Of a DNA stretch of 14,998 nucleotides, positions 1-8,162 are shown one piece after another; position 1 is the stretch's first letter; the number at the start of each line of letters is the position of its first letter. This DNA is from Promethearchaeota archaeon Loki_b31. GTDB lineage: Archaea > Asgardarchaeota > Lokiarchaeia > Sigyniarchaeales > SOKP01. The stretch spans positions 1 through 14,998 of the forward strand of contig NJBI01000067.1 in NCBI GenBank assembly GCA_005222975.1. The letters run 5' to 3'. The notes below the pieces were generated by a model, which was not told the origin of the DNA, did no database searches, and saw only the letters and a list, made by a program, of their open reading frames with translations. A program made the position numbers and the translations under genes.

Positions 1-25
1 TCTAATAAAATTATAAATTCGTTAT

Positions 26-74
26 ATATAAAAGGAAAAATATGACTGTCCTCTAAATAAATAAAAAAAAAATT
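26..74. repeat. Direct repeat copy 1 (49 bp); reads as T-tract + spacer + TATA box on the minus strand
   Basis: atataaaaggaaaaatatgactgtcctctaaataaataaaaaaaaaatt matches 747..795 at 45/49 positions without gaps (offset 721). Confidence 0.9.
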
Positions 75-89
75 ATTTTTCAAGATTCT

Positions 90-608
90 TTAATTAAGGT
101 ATTGGTAGATTTCAAAACAAGACCCGTCATTTTTCTCTATGCTAGGACTCTTTATCTTTTTAAAGAATTGTTTAGAAAGCTCCTCCGGATTTTTATATTC
201 ATTAGATCCAACATAACAGCAATAAAGAAGTTGAGATTCAATGTCCATGGTAAATACGGTTAAATAGGTGGTTTTATAGTGAGAATATGCGGTAAAAAAT
301 GACAGGTCAATAAATATTCCCATTAATCGAAGTAAATCCTCATCGTTTTTAATATCTTTATTAATAATTTGTCCTAAACTTTCTTTGATCTCTTTCTTTA
401 AGGAACCTAAAGCGTTTGATTTTAGATAATCGCCTCGGGCCTTGTAACAATCCCTGCAGAATTTAAATATATTGTTAAGATACCACGATGATTCAGTCCC
501 AACCATGAACCCAAATTCATTACAGTTGAACGCATTCTCCTTCAAACTAAAGTCAAGAGGTTCAATAACCAATAGAAAGGTTTTACCTAATAGTTCCATT
601 ACATTCAC
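90..608 (-). CDS. Hypothetical protein, 172 aa (GTG at 608; alternative ATG at 599)
   Basis: Long ORF in AT-rich DNA with a TATA-like box upstream and a T-tract downstream. Has a CxxC (CRDC) and other Cys residues, but no family I recognise. Confidence 0.75.
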   Translation of the reverse strand: MNVMELLGKTFLLVIEPLDFSLKENAFNCNEFGFMVGTESSWYLNNIFKFCRDCYKARGDYLKSNALGSLKKEIKESLGQIINKDIKNDEDLLRLMGIFIDLSFFTAYSHYKTTYLTVFTMDIESQLLYCCYVGSNEYKNPEELSKQFFKKIKSPSIEKNDGSCFEIYQYLN

Positions 609-650
609 ATAATTTCGTTTAAATAATCTAACTATCTGTTTTTTTCTAAT

Positions 651-664
651 TATATAAAGGAAAA
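651..664 (-). promoter_or_regulatory. Putative archaeal TATA box for ORF 90..608
   Basis: Minus strand reads ttttccTTTATATA, about 45 bp upstream of the start. The same core occurs in both direct-repeat copies. Confidence 0.5.
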
Positions 665-746
665 TTTTTTGGGTAGCGTTAAATTATTAAATTATTTAAA
701 ATAATAGAATTACCAATTTCTCCCCTAACCTGTTAGAAATCAAGTC

Positions 747-795
747 ATATAAAAGGAAAAAGATGACTGTTCTCTCAATAAATAAAAAAAGAATT
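747..795. repeat. Direct repeat copy 2 (49 bp)
   Basis: atataaaaggaaaaagatgactgttctctcaataaataaaaaaagaatt; 4 mismatches to 26..74. Overlaps the inverted repeat AGTCAT-N14-ATGACT (743..768). Confidence 0.9.
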
Positions 796-918
796 GAAAA
801 AAATTTTCTTTAAATAATTACTTTTTAATTTAGGATTTAATAAATAAAGTATTTACTATTTTTTATTATGTTAATTGCTAAAAAAATATAAACATTTAAT
901 AGAAAATTTTGAAAAAAT

Positions 919-1428
919 ATGGTTTATCGTATTAAAGTAATAATAATTGGAGAAGCCGGAGTCGGTAAGACGAGTTTAGTAAAAAAATTCGTTTCTGGTC
1001 ACTTTACTAAAGATTATCGAGCATCAATAGGTACGAACATGTTTATTAAAAAGTTAGATTTAAACTCAGATAAAAAAGTCTCAATTCAAATTTGGGATAT
1101 AGCTGGCCAAGAAAAATGGATAAAAATGAGACATTTATATTATAGAGGGACTCATGGTGCTTTAATTGTTGGAGATCTCGCGAGAAAAAATACTTTTGAA
1201 CAAATAGTACAATTTTGGAGCCCAGATATGAAAAAATATTGTGCTGAGGTTCCAATAATTTTACTAGCTAATAAATCAGATCTTAATTCAGACATTTCTG
1301 AAAACGATGTAGAAATCGTAGGAAAAAGAATAAATGCTAAATTAATTTTTCATACATCGGCTAAGAATGGCGAAAATGTCGAGAAATCTTTTGAAATGAT
1401 AGCTAAATATGCTCTAAAAATAATATAA
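919..1428 (+). CDS. Ras-superfamily small GTPase, Rab-like (Asgard type)
   Basis: G1 GEAGVGKTS, G2 region DYRASIG, G3 WDIAGQE, G4 NKSD, G5 TSAK. RabF-like SIQIW and YYRGT. No C-terminal Cys prenylation motif. Confidence 0.95.
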   Translation: MVYRIKVIIIGEAGVGKTSLVKKFVSGHFTKDYRASIGTNMFIKKLDLNSDKKVSIQIWDIAGQEKWIKMRHLYYRGTHGALIVGDLARKNTFEQIVQFWSPDMKKYCAEVPIILLANKSDLNSDISENDVEIVGKRINAKLIFHTSAKNGENVEKSFEMIAKYALKII

Positions 1429-1473
1429 TAACATTGTTATTCTTATGTACTTTTTAATTTTAAGATTTTTGTT

Positions 1474-2454
1474 TTATAATTTAATTGCTATTTTGATAAA
1501 ATTTCTTTCGCCCGGTTCAAGGAACTTTTCAAATGCTTGTTGTATATATTGTATCGGTATTACTTGTGAAATAAGTTTTTCTGCTCTTATCTTATTTTGA
1601 GCAAAAAATTTTAAAGACGCAAATATATCGTCTCGATCGTGACCAAGAACTCCTTTCAAGCATACCTCTTTAGAGTTTATTAAAAACATTGGGAAGGAAA
1701 TACTCCCCTTATGTACACCTTCTAATAATACAGTTCCTCCACGCTTTATTAAATCAATTGCCATAAGTAAGGATCGCTCGTTTCCTGCGCAGTCAAATAT
1801 AAAAGAAGGTTTACCAAATTTTTTAATAAATTTTTTAATTTTGATCATGGTAGGGGGAAACGATTCTGTTGCGCCCATTTCTTTAGCTTTTTCTCTTATA
1901 AATTTTTGAGGTTCAATTACAACTATATAATTGGGATCTCTTTCACTAACCAAATAATTTAAAAAGCAAAGACCTATATTTCCTCCGCCAATAATAATTA
2001 TATTTTGATTTGAAGTGATTTTAGATAATTTTGTCCCCCTTACAGCATTGGCAAATGATTCTATCATTATTGCTTCTTTAATTGAAACAGATTTAGGAAT
2101 ATTGAATAGATATTTTTTAGGTACCCGAACGAATTCTGCAAATCCACCGTCCTTAAAGATACCCATTCCATCTAACTGCCCTTGACTAATATCTAATGAA
2201 ACATTAATTCCACAAACTTTATCTCCTATTTCAACATTTGTAATGTTACTCCCTATTTCAACAACCTCCCCAGCAAATTCATGCCCCATAATTAAAGGTA
2301 CTTGATACATTTTAATTTTAAAATTAGTAACATCGCTTCCACATATTCCACAGTAGTCTACTTTCACTATAACATCGTTTGGTCCGGGAGTTGGTGTAGG
2401 ATAATCTTCCTTGTAAATAATTTTCTTAACATCTACAAAAATGGCAGCTTTCAT
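1474..2454 (-). CDS. Zinc-dependent medium-chain dehydrogenase/reductase (sorbitol/threonine dehydrogenase-like); substrate unknown
   Basis: N-terminal MKAA, catalytic Zn motifs CGICGSD and GHEFAGEV, GGFAEFV, Rossmann GGGNIG, FDCAG. Confidence 0.93.
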   Translation of the reverse strand: MKAAIFVDVKKIIYKEDYPTPTPGPNDVIVKVDYCGICGSDVTNFKIKMYQVPLIMGHEFAGEVVEIGSNITNVEIGDKVCGINVSLDISQGQLDGMGIFKDGGFAEFVRVPKKYLFNIPKSVSIKEAIMIESFANAVRGTKLSKITSNQNIIIIGGGNIGLCFLNYLVSERDPNYIVVIEPQKFIREKAKEMGATESFPPTMIKIKKFIKKFGKPSFIFDCAGNERSLLMAIDLIKRGGTVLLEGVHKGSISFPMFLINSKEVCLKGVLGHDRDDIFASLKFFAQNKIRAEKLISQVIPIQYIQQAFEKFLEPGERNFIKIAIKL

Positions 2455-2607
2455 TTTTCAATCTCTTCTCAAATAATGATTAATTGTTATGAACTCTTAA
2501 ATATAAGTTAACTTCTCAAATATTAATATAACCTTATTTATTTTACAAATAATTAAATTTTTTAAATCATAAAGTTTTTTGTATAAACTTCTAATAAATG
2601 ATTTGTT

Positions 2608-3315
2608 ATGTCAGAAAGAAAGGAAGAACATATAACAGGCGGCGGTAAGATTCGCAGTGTAATTCTTGGTTTAAACGATGGACTCATTTCAATATTTACA
2701 TTATTAGTAGGGGTTGCTGCAGCAACTTTAATAAAAAGTGGGGATAATACTATTGTATTACTAACTGGAATTGCAGCAATGGTATCCGGAGCGGTAAGTA
2801 TGGGGCTTGGTGAATATATTTCATCAAAATCTGAATATAATTATGTTAAAAATGAAATTAGAAAAGAAAAAGCTGAAATTTTACTTTTTCCTGAAGAGGA
2901 GAAGGAAGAAGTAAGAGATATCTTTAAAAAAATGGGGATAAAAGAAGAAATTTTAAATCCATGTGTAGAATCTGTTACAGCAAACGAGGAAAAATGGTTG
3001 GACTTTTTAATAAAAAACGAATTGGGTTTAGAGGAACCTAGAATTCCGATTATAGGAGCGTTATTAACTTTTTTTTCTTTTATTGTTGGAGCCCTTATTC
3101 CTCAATTGCCTTATTTTCTAAATTTAGGGGTAATTTCACTTCTATTTTCTTCAATTTTGTCTCTTAGTTCTCTTTTCATCGTTGGAGGTTTAAAAACTAA
3201 AATTACAGGTGAATCAGCCATAAAAGGAGGCTTAGAGATGGTCGTTATTGGAGTTGTAGCATTTACAGCATCTTTAATTATCGGATTATGGTTAGAACAG
3301 CTAATTCCGTTATAA
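2608..3315 (+). CDS. VIT1/CCC1 family Fe2+/Mn2+ transporter
   Basis: RSVILGLNDGL, GAVSMGLGEYISSKSE, a Glu-rich cytoplasmic metal-binding segment and about five hydrophobic helices. Confidence 0.95.
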   Translation: MSERKEEHITGGGKIRSVILGLNDGLISIFTLLVGVAAATLIKSGDNTIVLLTGIAAMVSGAVSMGLGEYISSKSEYNYVKNEIRKEKAEILLFPEEEKEEVRDIFKKMGIKEEILNPCVESVTANEEKWLDFLIKNELGLEEPRIPIIGALLTFFSFIVGALIPQLPYFLNLGVISLLFSSILSLSSLFIVGGLKTKITGESAIKGGLEMVVIGVVAFTASLIIGLWLEQLIPL

Positions 3316-3323
3316 TATTTTTT

Positions 3324-3343
3324 AGGTTTCTTTTTAGAAACTT
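3324..3343. terminator. Small hairpin between convergent VIT1 and rubrerythrin genes; possible bidirectional terminator
   Basis: ag-gtttct-tttt-agaaac-tt inverted repeat in the 39-bp gap, next to T-runs. Confidence 0.4.
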
Positions 3344-3354
3344 CTATTACAAAA

Positions 3355-3930
3355 TTATGCTTTCATGAAAAACTTTTGATCGTGTTCACAATTAGGGCAA
3401 ATTTTAGGTATTTTTTTTAACTCGACATTTCCACAAATCCGGCAAATATATATGTCTATATCTTCAAAAGGTTCTTTTTTATCAAGTTTTTTCAGAAATC
3501 TAATGTACAATTTGCTATGAACAATTTCAGCCATTCTTGCTAAATCAAACGAAAATTCTGCCAAATAAACATCGTTTTTTTTAGCATTTTTCATAAATCC
3601 TTTATACATTTTCTTGAATTCAAATGTCTCTCCTGCGATTGCTTGGATTAAATTATTTCTGGTATTTCTAACTTGTTTTTTTAAAACCTTTTCTTCAATA
3701 TTGACGATTGCATTTAAATCGAGAGATTTTTTCGTAATTTCTTCAATTGCCTTTAAATGGTTTTTTATATGGATCGATTCCGCAGTAGAAGTGGCTTTAA
3801 ACAAGTGAGCTATCTCTGGAAAACCTTCATTTAGTGCCTTTTCGGCAAATAGCTCATATTTTCTTTTAGCTTTGCTTTCTCCTATTATAGCTTCTTTTAA
3901 GTTTTCAATAACAACAGAGATAAAAATCAC
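3355..3930 (-). CDS. rbr: Rubrerythrin (di-iron four-helix bundle + C-terminal rubredoxin-like domain); start uncertain
   Basis: ENLKEAIIGESKA, AESIH, GETFE and AEIVH supply di-iron ligands. C-terminal CRICG...CPNC. Confidence 0.93.
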   Translation of the reverse strand: MIFISVVIENLKEAIIGESKAKRKYELFAEKALNEGFPEIAHLFKATSTAESIHIKNHLKAIEEITKKSLDLNAIVNIEEKVLKKQVRNTRNNLIQAIAGETFEFKKMYKGFMKNAKKNDVYLAEFSFDLARMAEIVHSKLYIRFLKKLDKKEPFEDIDIYICRICGNVELKKIPKICPNCEHDQKFFMKA

Positions 3931-3965
3931 CTATTATTAATTTTTAAAAATTAAGTAAAAAGAAG

Positions 3966-4220
3966 TCATAGCCCAATTATTAACTTATTTATTTTGTAAT
4001 CTTTCTCTAAATTGTCAACAGACATAAAGAGAGAAACGCTTTTATATTTATCACAGCTAGAAACCGTTTTTCTTGATCTTTTTAAATTTCTGGATTCATT
4101 GGAAGGAAAGAAGTAATCTGTGAACATTAGTATAAAAACTACATCCCATTCAAGACCTTTATCATTACATATTCCATTAGTTTTTGTAAAAAAGAAGTGT
4201 TGTTTTAAATTTTTTAAGAT
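3966..4220 (-). pseudogene. Degraded fragment of a UvrD/PcrA-like SF1 helicase C-terminal region
   Basis: Stop-to-stop frame of 84 codons, absent from the ORF track. It translates ...DKGLEWDVVFILMFTDYFFPS... (KGLEWDVVFI at 4160..4131), matching the UvrD motif V pattern KGLE(W/F)xxVF...FP. No start codon upstream of the motif. Confidence 0.6.
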
Positions 4221-4241
4221 TTAATTGTCTAAACAATTAAA
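4220..4241. terminator. Inverted repeat just downstream of the mcm stop (terminator or protein-binding site)
   Basis: tttaattgt-ctaa-acaattaaa: perfect 9-bp arms with a 4-nt loop. Confidence 0.45.
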
Positions 4242-4248
4242 AATTCTT

Positions 4249-7200
4249 TTAGTCATCTTTATTTGTAAATCTAAGCATATTATTTCTCGGTTCGTATAAA
4301 GTTCCTTCCTTTATTAATTCCTCAAGAGCATCTTTGATCCATTTTTCATCTAAATCTTCTTCGAGTTCGAGAATTTGAATAACATTATTCCTCTCTAATG
4401 CTTTCCAATTACCATCTTCATAAATTTCTTTTAGCCTAGTAAGCATTTTGTCGAGTTTACTTATAGAACTTCTAGATTGTCCAACTAAAATTCGATCCAT
4501 ATCAATTTTTCCAGTAGTCTCGTCGTAGCCAGTATCTTTCAGATATCTTTTGAATAGTTTGATAATTTCATCTACATCATTTTTAACTACTTTTTCTCTT
4601 AAAGCCATCTTTGCGTATGCTTCGCTTAACCTCACAAGTGCTTCTAGATTTCTAGCAAGGATTGAGACGATTGCGTCTTCACTATCGTACTGTCCTCGTA
4701 GATTTAAATAAAATTCTTTAATTTTTTCTTTAGCTTCTTCAGTTAATACGGGGTGGCAAGTCCTTCTTGCATATTCAATATATTTTTTTAAAAGATCGCG
4801 AGGAATCGGAGATATTTTCCCAGTTTTACTTTCAATATCATCGTCCGGCCCTAGCATCGCATTTTTTAAAATAAATTCTGCCATTTGTGCGTCGTTAGCA
4901 GGGTCAGGCCTATCAATAACAATAAAGATTAGATCGAAACGGGATAGAAGTGATGGGGGTAAATGAATATTTTGTGTAGGCGTTTTATATCTGTCATATC
5001 TCCCAGAACGTGGGTTTGCTGCTGCGATGATTGCTGTTTGGGCTTTTAAGGTTGCAACTATCCCTGCTTTAGCTATGCTAACAGTTTGTTGTTCCATCGC
5101 TTCGTGCAGAGCAGATCTATCGGAAGTTTCCATTTTGTCAAACTCATCTATTGCCGCTACACCTCCGTTTGCTAACACGATAGCTCCTGCTTCAAGATTC
5201 ATTTGGCCTGTATCTGTATCTTTAATAACTGCCGCCGTTAAACCGACAGCTGAAGAACCTTTGCCAGATGTATATAGCCCGCGAGGTGACACTTCAATAG
5301 CACTTTTTAGTATCTCACTATTATGGACGATAATGTTACCATTCGCTATAATAAAGTGTCCATCATCAGTTCCTATATCATAAACGGATGTTTCTTCATT
5401 GATTTTTGTTATTTCCTCAATTTTATCCCAGAAAATGTCTGATTCAGTTAACTTCTTCAACCAAATTAGATCGTTGCTATATTTTTTATTTTTATTTCTA
5501 TATAGATCTTCAAATATATGAGCAATTTTTTTAAGATATAATCTTCCAGCCCTTTGTCTCTGAGCTTTACCACGAAGTTCTGCTAAAAAATCTCGCTCCT
5601 TGGAACCTCTTCTCTCTATTATTTCGAGATCATTAGAAATCCTTTGTAAAATATTACCAAAATTAGGGATAATGTCTTTTTTTTGATATCTTGTTTTCGA
5701 ACTTGCAATATCTATAGCTATTGCAAGTCGTTGTTGTTTTTCTGTTGATAAAAATCCTATTTTTTCATAGAATTTAATTACTTCTTCTCCTGTTAAAATT
5801 ATTTCATAATAGATATTTCCTTCATATTGTCCTGATTGAATGGTTTTAGTATTAATTGTACTGAAAATCCCAAATGTACTTAACATATCGGATATTGAGA
5901 ATGCTAATATTCTACTTGCGGTTGTGGCAGATATAAATAGAGCTTCATTTTCAATATAACCATCTCCTGTAAAATAAGCAGAAAGTAAGCAACGACGAAA
6001 ATCTGATGGGGCAGATAATAAAATTCTATCGAATTTTTTATTTTGTGCGTGATTTCCAAAAAAACTGCTAAACCAATGTCTTAGACTAACATTATGAATT
6101 TGAATAGAATCATCATAATCGTAATATGAAGCCCTTCCGAAAATATCTATAAGATCGTTTTCAAGTATTGTTATTATTTCTTCATTAGTATTTGAAATTC
6201 TTACACTACTACGAGGGGTATCACCTTCTGCGAGATAAAATCCAACAATTCTCCCAAATTCATTATTTAATTCAATCATCCGTGGAATCCATGTAGTGTC
6301 ATATTTCCTCCTTATCCAATCTTCGCTTGGTATTGAATCAAGATCTCTTAGATATGATAAAAATGTTCCTTCAGTGATATTCGATATTCTAGCTGCCCTA
6401 CTAAGAGTTATTCCATCATTCAAATATAATTGAATCTGTTGATGTATTGTCTTAGCACTAACCAAACCCTCTTCATCAAAAAATACACTTATATCAATCC
6501 AATCACAATTATCTCCAAAATCTAAATTTCTCGCAATAGGTAGATATAAATTATTAAAATTTTCATAAATGTCATTGACATCAATTACTTTCAATTCACC
6601 ATCTATTAATGTAGTAAATGAATGATTTGGAGTTGTTATAATAACACGACCGGATTGTGTTTTAATCTGAATAAGAATATTAGTTCTATGTCTGCTCACT
6701 TCATTAATTCTAGATATCTGAGTTTTTAGAGTATATGGATTTATTGAATATGTATATATTGAATTTTTGTTTAATAATTTAAGGATTTCTGTATCTCCTT
6801 TTAAAATTACGCTAAAAAGATTTTCATCAAGAAGTTCATCAACAAATTCTCCTATTTTTCTAGTAGTCCACATTTTACATGTTGATGTATCGGTTCCAAT
6901 ATATATTTCTTCAGTACCATAAATACTTTTTCCTGTACCCGGATCGCCAACAAATAGAAGATGAATATCACCTCGCTTATAACCGCCTCCTGGCCTTTTC
7001 TTTCTTGTACCTCCAAAAAGGGTTAAAGCAGTAGCCATTTTAAGTTCTTCTCTTCCATATATTACGGGTGAAATAGATCTGGCAATTTTCTTTTGTATCA
7101 TAGGTTCTTTAGATAAATTTTCAATCTTTTTTTTATCTTCTTTAGATAACTCGATGAAACCTTCGCTTTTATCTTCCGGATCGATATAATTTACATCGAT

Positions 7201-7983
7201 AAATGTTTTGAATAGCGTACTATTTATGCTCTTTGTAGATTGGGCTAAAACTGATTTAAAGGTTCCCAATAATTTTACCCTATCACCTGGTTTTACGATA
7301 TCAACTAAATCATGGGTTAAAATTGCTTGAATTGATCTAGGAATTCTGCCAGGTGGCAAATCTTCTGGAATTTCTTGGATCATTACACTTTGCCAATCAA
7401 TAAATTCTGAGTTTTTTGAAACAAGCCGAAAATCTGATTGAGATTTAGCTTTACACCTTGGATTAATACAAAAATTAGGCCATTTTATTTTAGAACTAAG
7501 CTGAAGTACTTCAAATTGTGTTTTGCAGGTCATGCATTCAAATGCCGCTTCTATTAATTTTGGTCGTATCGTTGAGCTCCTAACGAGGATTCCTTTAGTC
7601 CATACAAGGTTGTCAATATTTTTTGCTCTTAACTCTCTCAATGAGATGAATAAAGGACTCTTATCGTCTTTGGTTGTTATTCTTACAAAGTAGTCTTTAT
7701 CAGTTAATTTACTTCCTTGAAACTTTAATATGTTTCTAAAGGCTTCTGTTGCGTTTTCTAAAAGAGTTTCGGGATCTTTTCTCAATAGTTCGGCAATTTG
7801 AGAGTCGAAGGCTAACAAATCCTCATATAATATTATTAAAGTATTACTACCTTTAGAAAATATATCATTTATTTTGGCTTGGTACTTATATATTCCAGGT
7901 TTATCTTCAAATAACCTGTAAAAATCTTCAAAACGTGAAATTTTATGAATCGGTGCACTAGGACGGGATATTGGCGTTGTCAA
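4249..7983 (-). CDS. mcm: Replicative helicase MCM with one intein (1244-aa precursor, ~708 aa spliced)
   Basis: Zn finger CMTC...CINPRC, QEIPEDLPPGRIPRS, Walker A GDPGTGK/S, GKGSSAVGLTAAV, Walker B IDEFDKM, AAANP, Arg finger LLSRFD, C-terminal winged helix. TTG start follows AGGTGA. Confidence 0.98.
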   Translation of the reverse strand: MTTPISRPSAPIHKISRFEDFYRLFEDKPGIYKYQAKINDIFSKGSNTLIILYEDLLAFDSQIAELLRKDPETLLENATEAFRNILKFQGSKLTDKDYFVRITTKDDKSPLFISLRELRAKNIDNLVWTKGILVRSSTIRPKLIEAAFECMTCKTQFEVLQLSSKIKWPNFCINPRCKAKSQSDFRLVSKNSEFIDWQSVMIQEIPEDLPPGRIPRSIQAILTHDLVDIVKPGDRVKLLGTFKSVLAQSTKSINSTLFKTFIDVNYIDPEDKSEGFIELSKEDKKKIENLSKEPMIQKKIARSISPVIYGREELKMATALTLFGGTRKKRPGGGYKRGDIHLLFVGDPGTGKSIYGTEEIYIGTDTSTCKMWTTRKIGEFVDELLDENLFSVILKGDTEILKLLNKNSIYTYSINPYTLKTQISRINEVSRHRTNILIQIKTQSGRVIITTPNHSFTTLIDGELKVIDVNDIYENFNNLYLPIARNLDFGDNCDWIDISVFFDEEGLVSAKTIHQQIQLYLNDGITLSRAARISNITEGTFLSYLRDLDSIPSEDWIRRKYDTTWIPRMIELNNEFGRIVGFYLAEGDTPRSSVRISNTNEEIITILENDLIDIFGRASYYDYDDSIQIHNVSLRHWFSSFFGNHAQNKKFDRILLSAPSDFRRCLLSAYFTGDGYIENEALFISATTASRILAFSISDMLSTFGIFSTINTKTIQSGQYEGNIYYEIILTGEEVIKFYEKIGFLSTEKQQRLAIAIDIASSKTRYQKKDIIPNFGNILQRISNDLEIIERRGSKERDFLAELRGKAQRQRAGRLYLKKIAHIFEDLYRNKNKKYSNDLIWLKKLTESDIFWDKIEEITKINEETSVYDIGTDDGHFIIANGNIIVHNSEILKSAIEVSPRGLYTSGKGSSAVGLTAAVIKDTDTGQMNLEAGAIVLANGGVAAIDEFDKMETSDRSALHEAMEQQTVSIAKAGIVATLKAQTAIIAAANPRSGRYDRYKTPTQNIHLPPSLLSRFDLIFIVIDRPDPANDAQMAEFILKNAMLGPDDDIESKTGKISPIPRDLLKKYIEYARRTCHPVLTEEAKEKIKEFYLNLRGQYDSEDAIVSILARNLEALVRLSEAYAKMALREKVVKNDVDEIIKLFKRYLKDTGYDETTGKIDMDRILVGQSRSSISKLDKMLTRLKEIYEDGNWKALERNNVIQILELEEDLDEKWIKDALEELIKEGTLYEPRNNMLRFTNKDD
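5320..6927 (-). mobile_element. Intein (536 aa) with LAGLIDADG homing endonuclease, inserted in the MCM Walker A motif
   Basis: GDPGTGK|SIYGTEEIYI...TTPNHSF (block B)...GRIVGFYLAEG...LLSAYFTGDG...VYDIGT (block F)...IIVHN|SEILK. Removing it restores GDPGTGKSEILK. Confidence 0.96.
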
Positions 7984-7989
7984 GCAGAT

Positions 7990-7995
7990 TCACCT
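7990..7995 (-). promoter_or_regulatory. Shine-Dalgarno site of mcm
   Basis: AGGTGA lies 6 nt upstream of the TTG start. Confidence 0.7.
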
Positions 7996-8162
7996 TTAAA
8001 ATAATAGTAATATACCAAAGTTATTTTTGGTGATATTTTAATTTGATATATTAACGATTTAAGCTTATTAAACTGCAAATAAAATTTGTCGGAAAAAAAT
8101 CATGGGAGAGAAACGGTTTAGTGATATACTCCATGTGGTTTTTCATAAACCTAAAAGAATTG

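Noticed and set aside
90-608. Roadblock/longin regulator of the neighbouring GTPase
   Set aside because: No recognisable roadblock or longin pattern, and it is transcribed divergently. A structure search would be needed to exclude it fully.
26-795. Direct repeats as a CRISPR array or IS ends
   Set aside because: Only two copies, 721 bp apart and in direct orientation. No cas gene or transposase in the window.
7984-8162. Replication origin next to mcm
   Set aside because: No repeated ORB-like elements and no cdc6/orc1 gene in the window.
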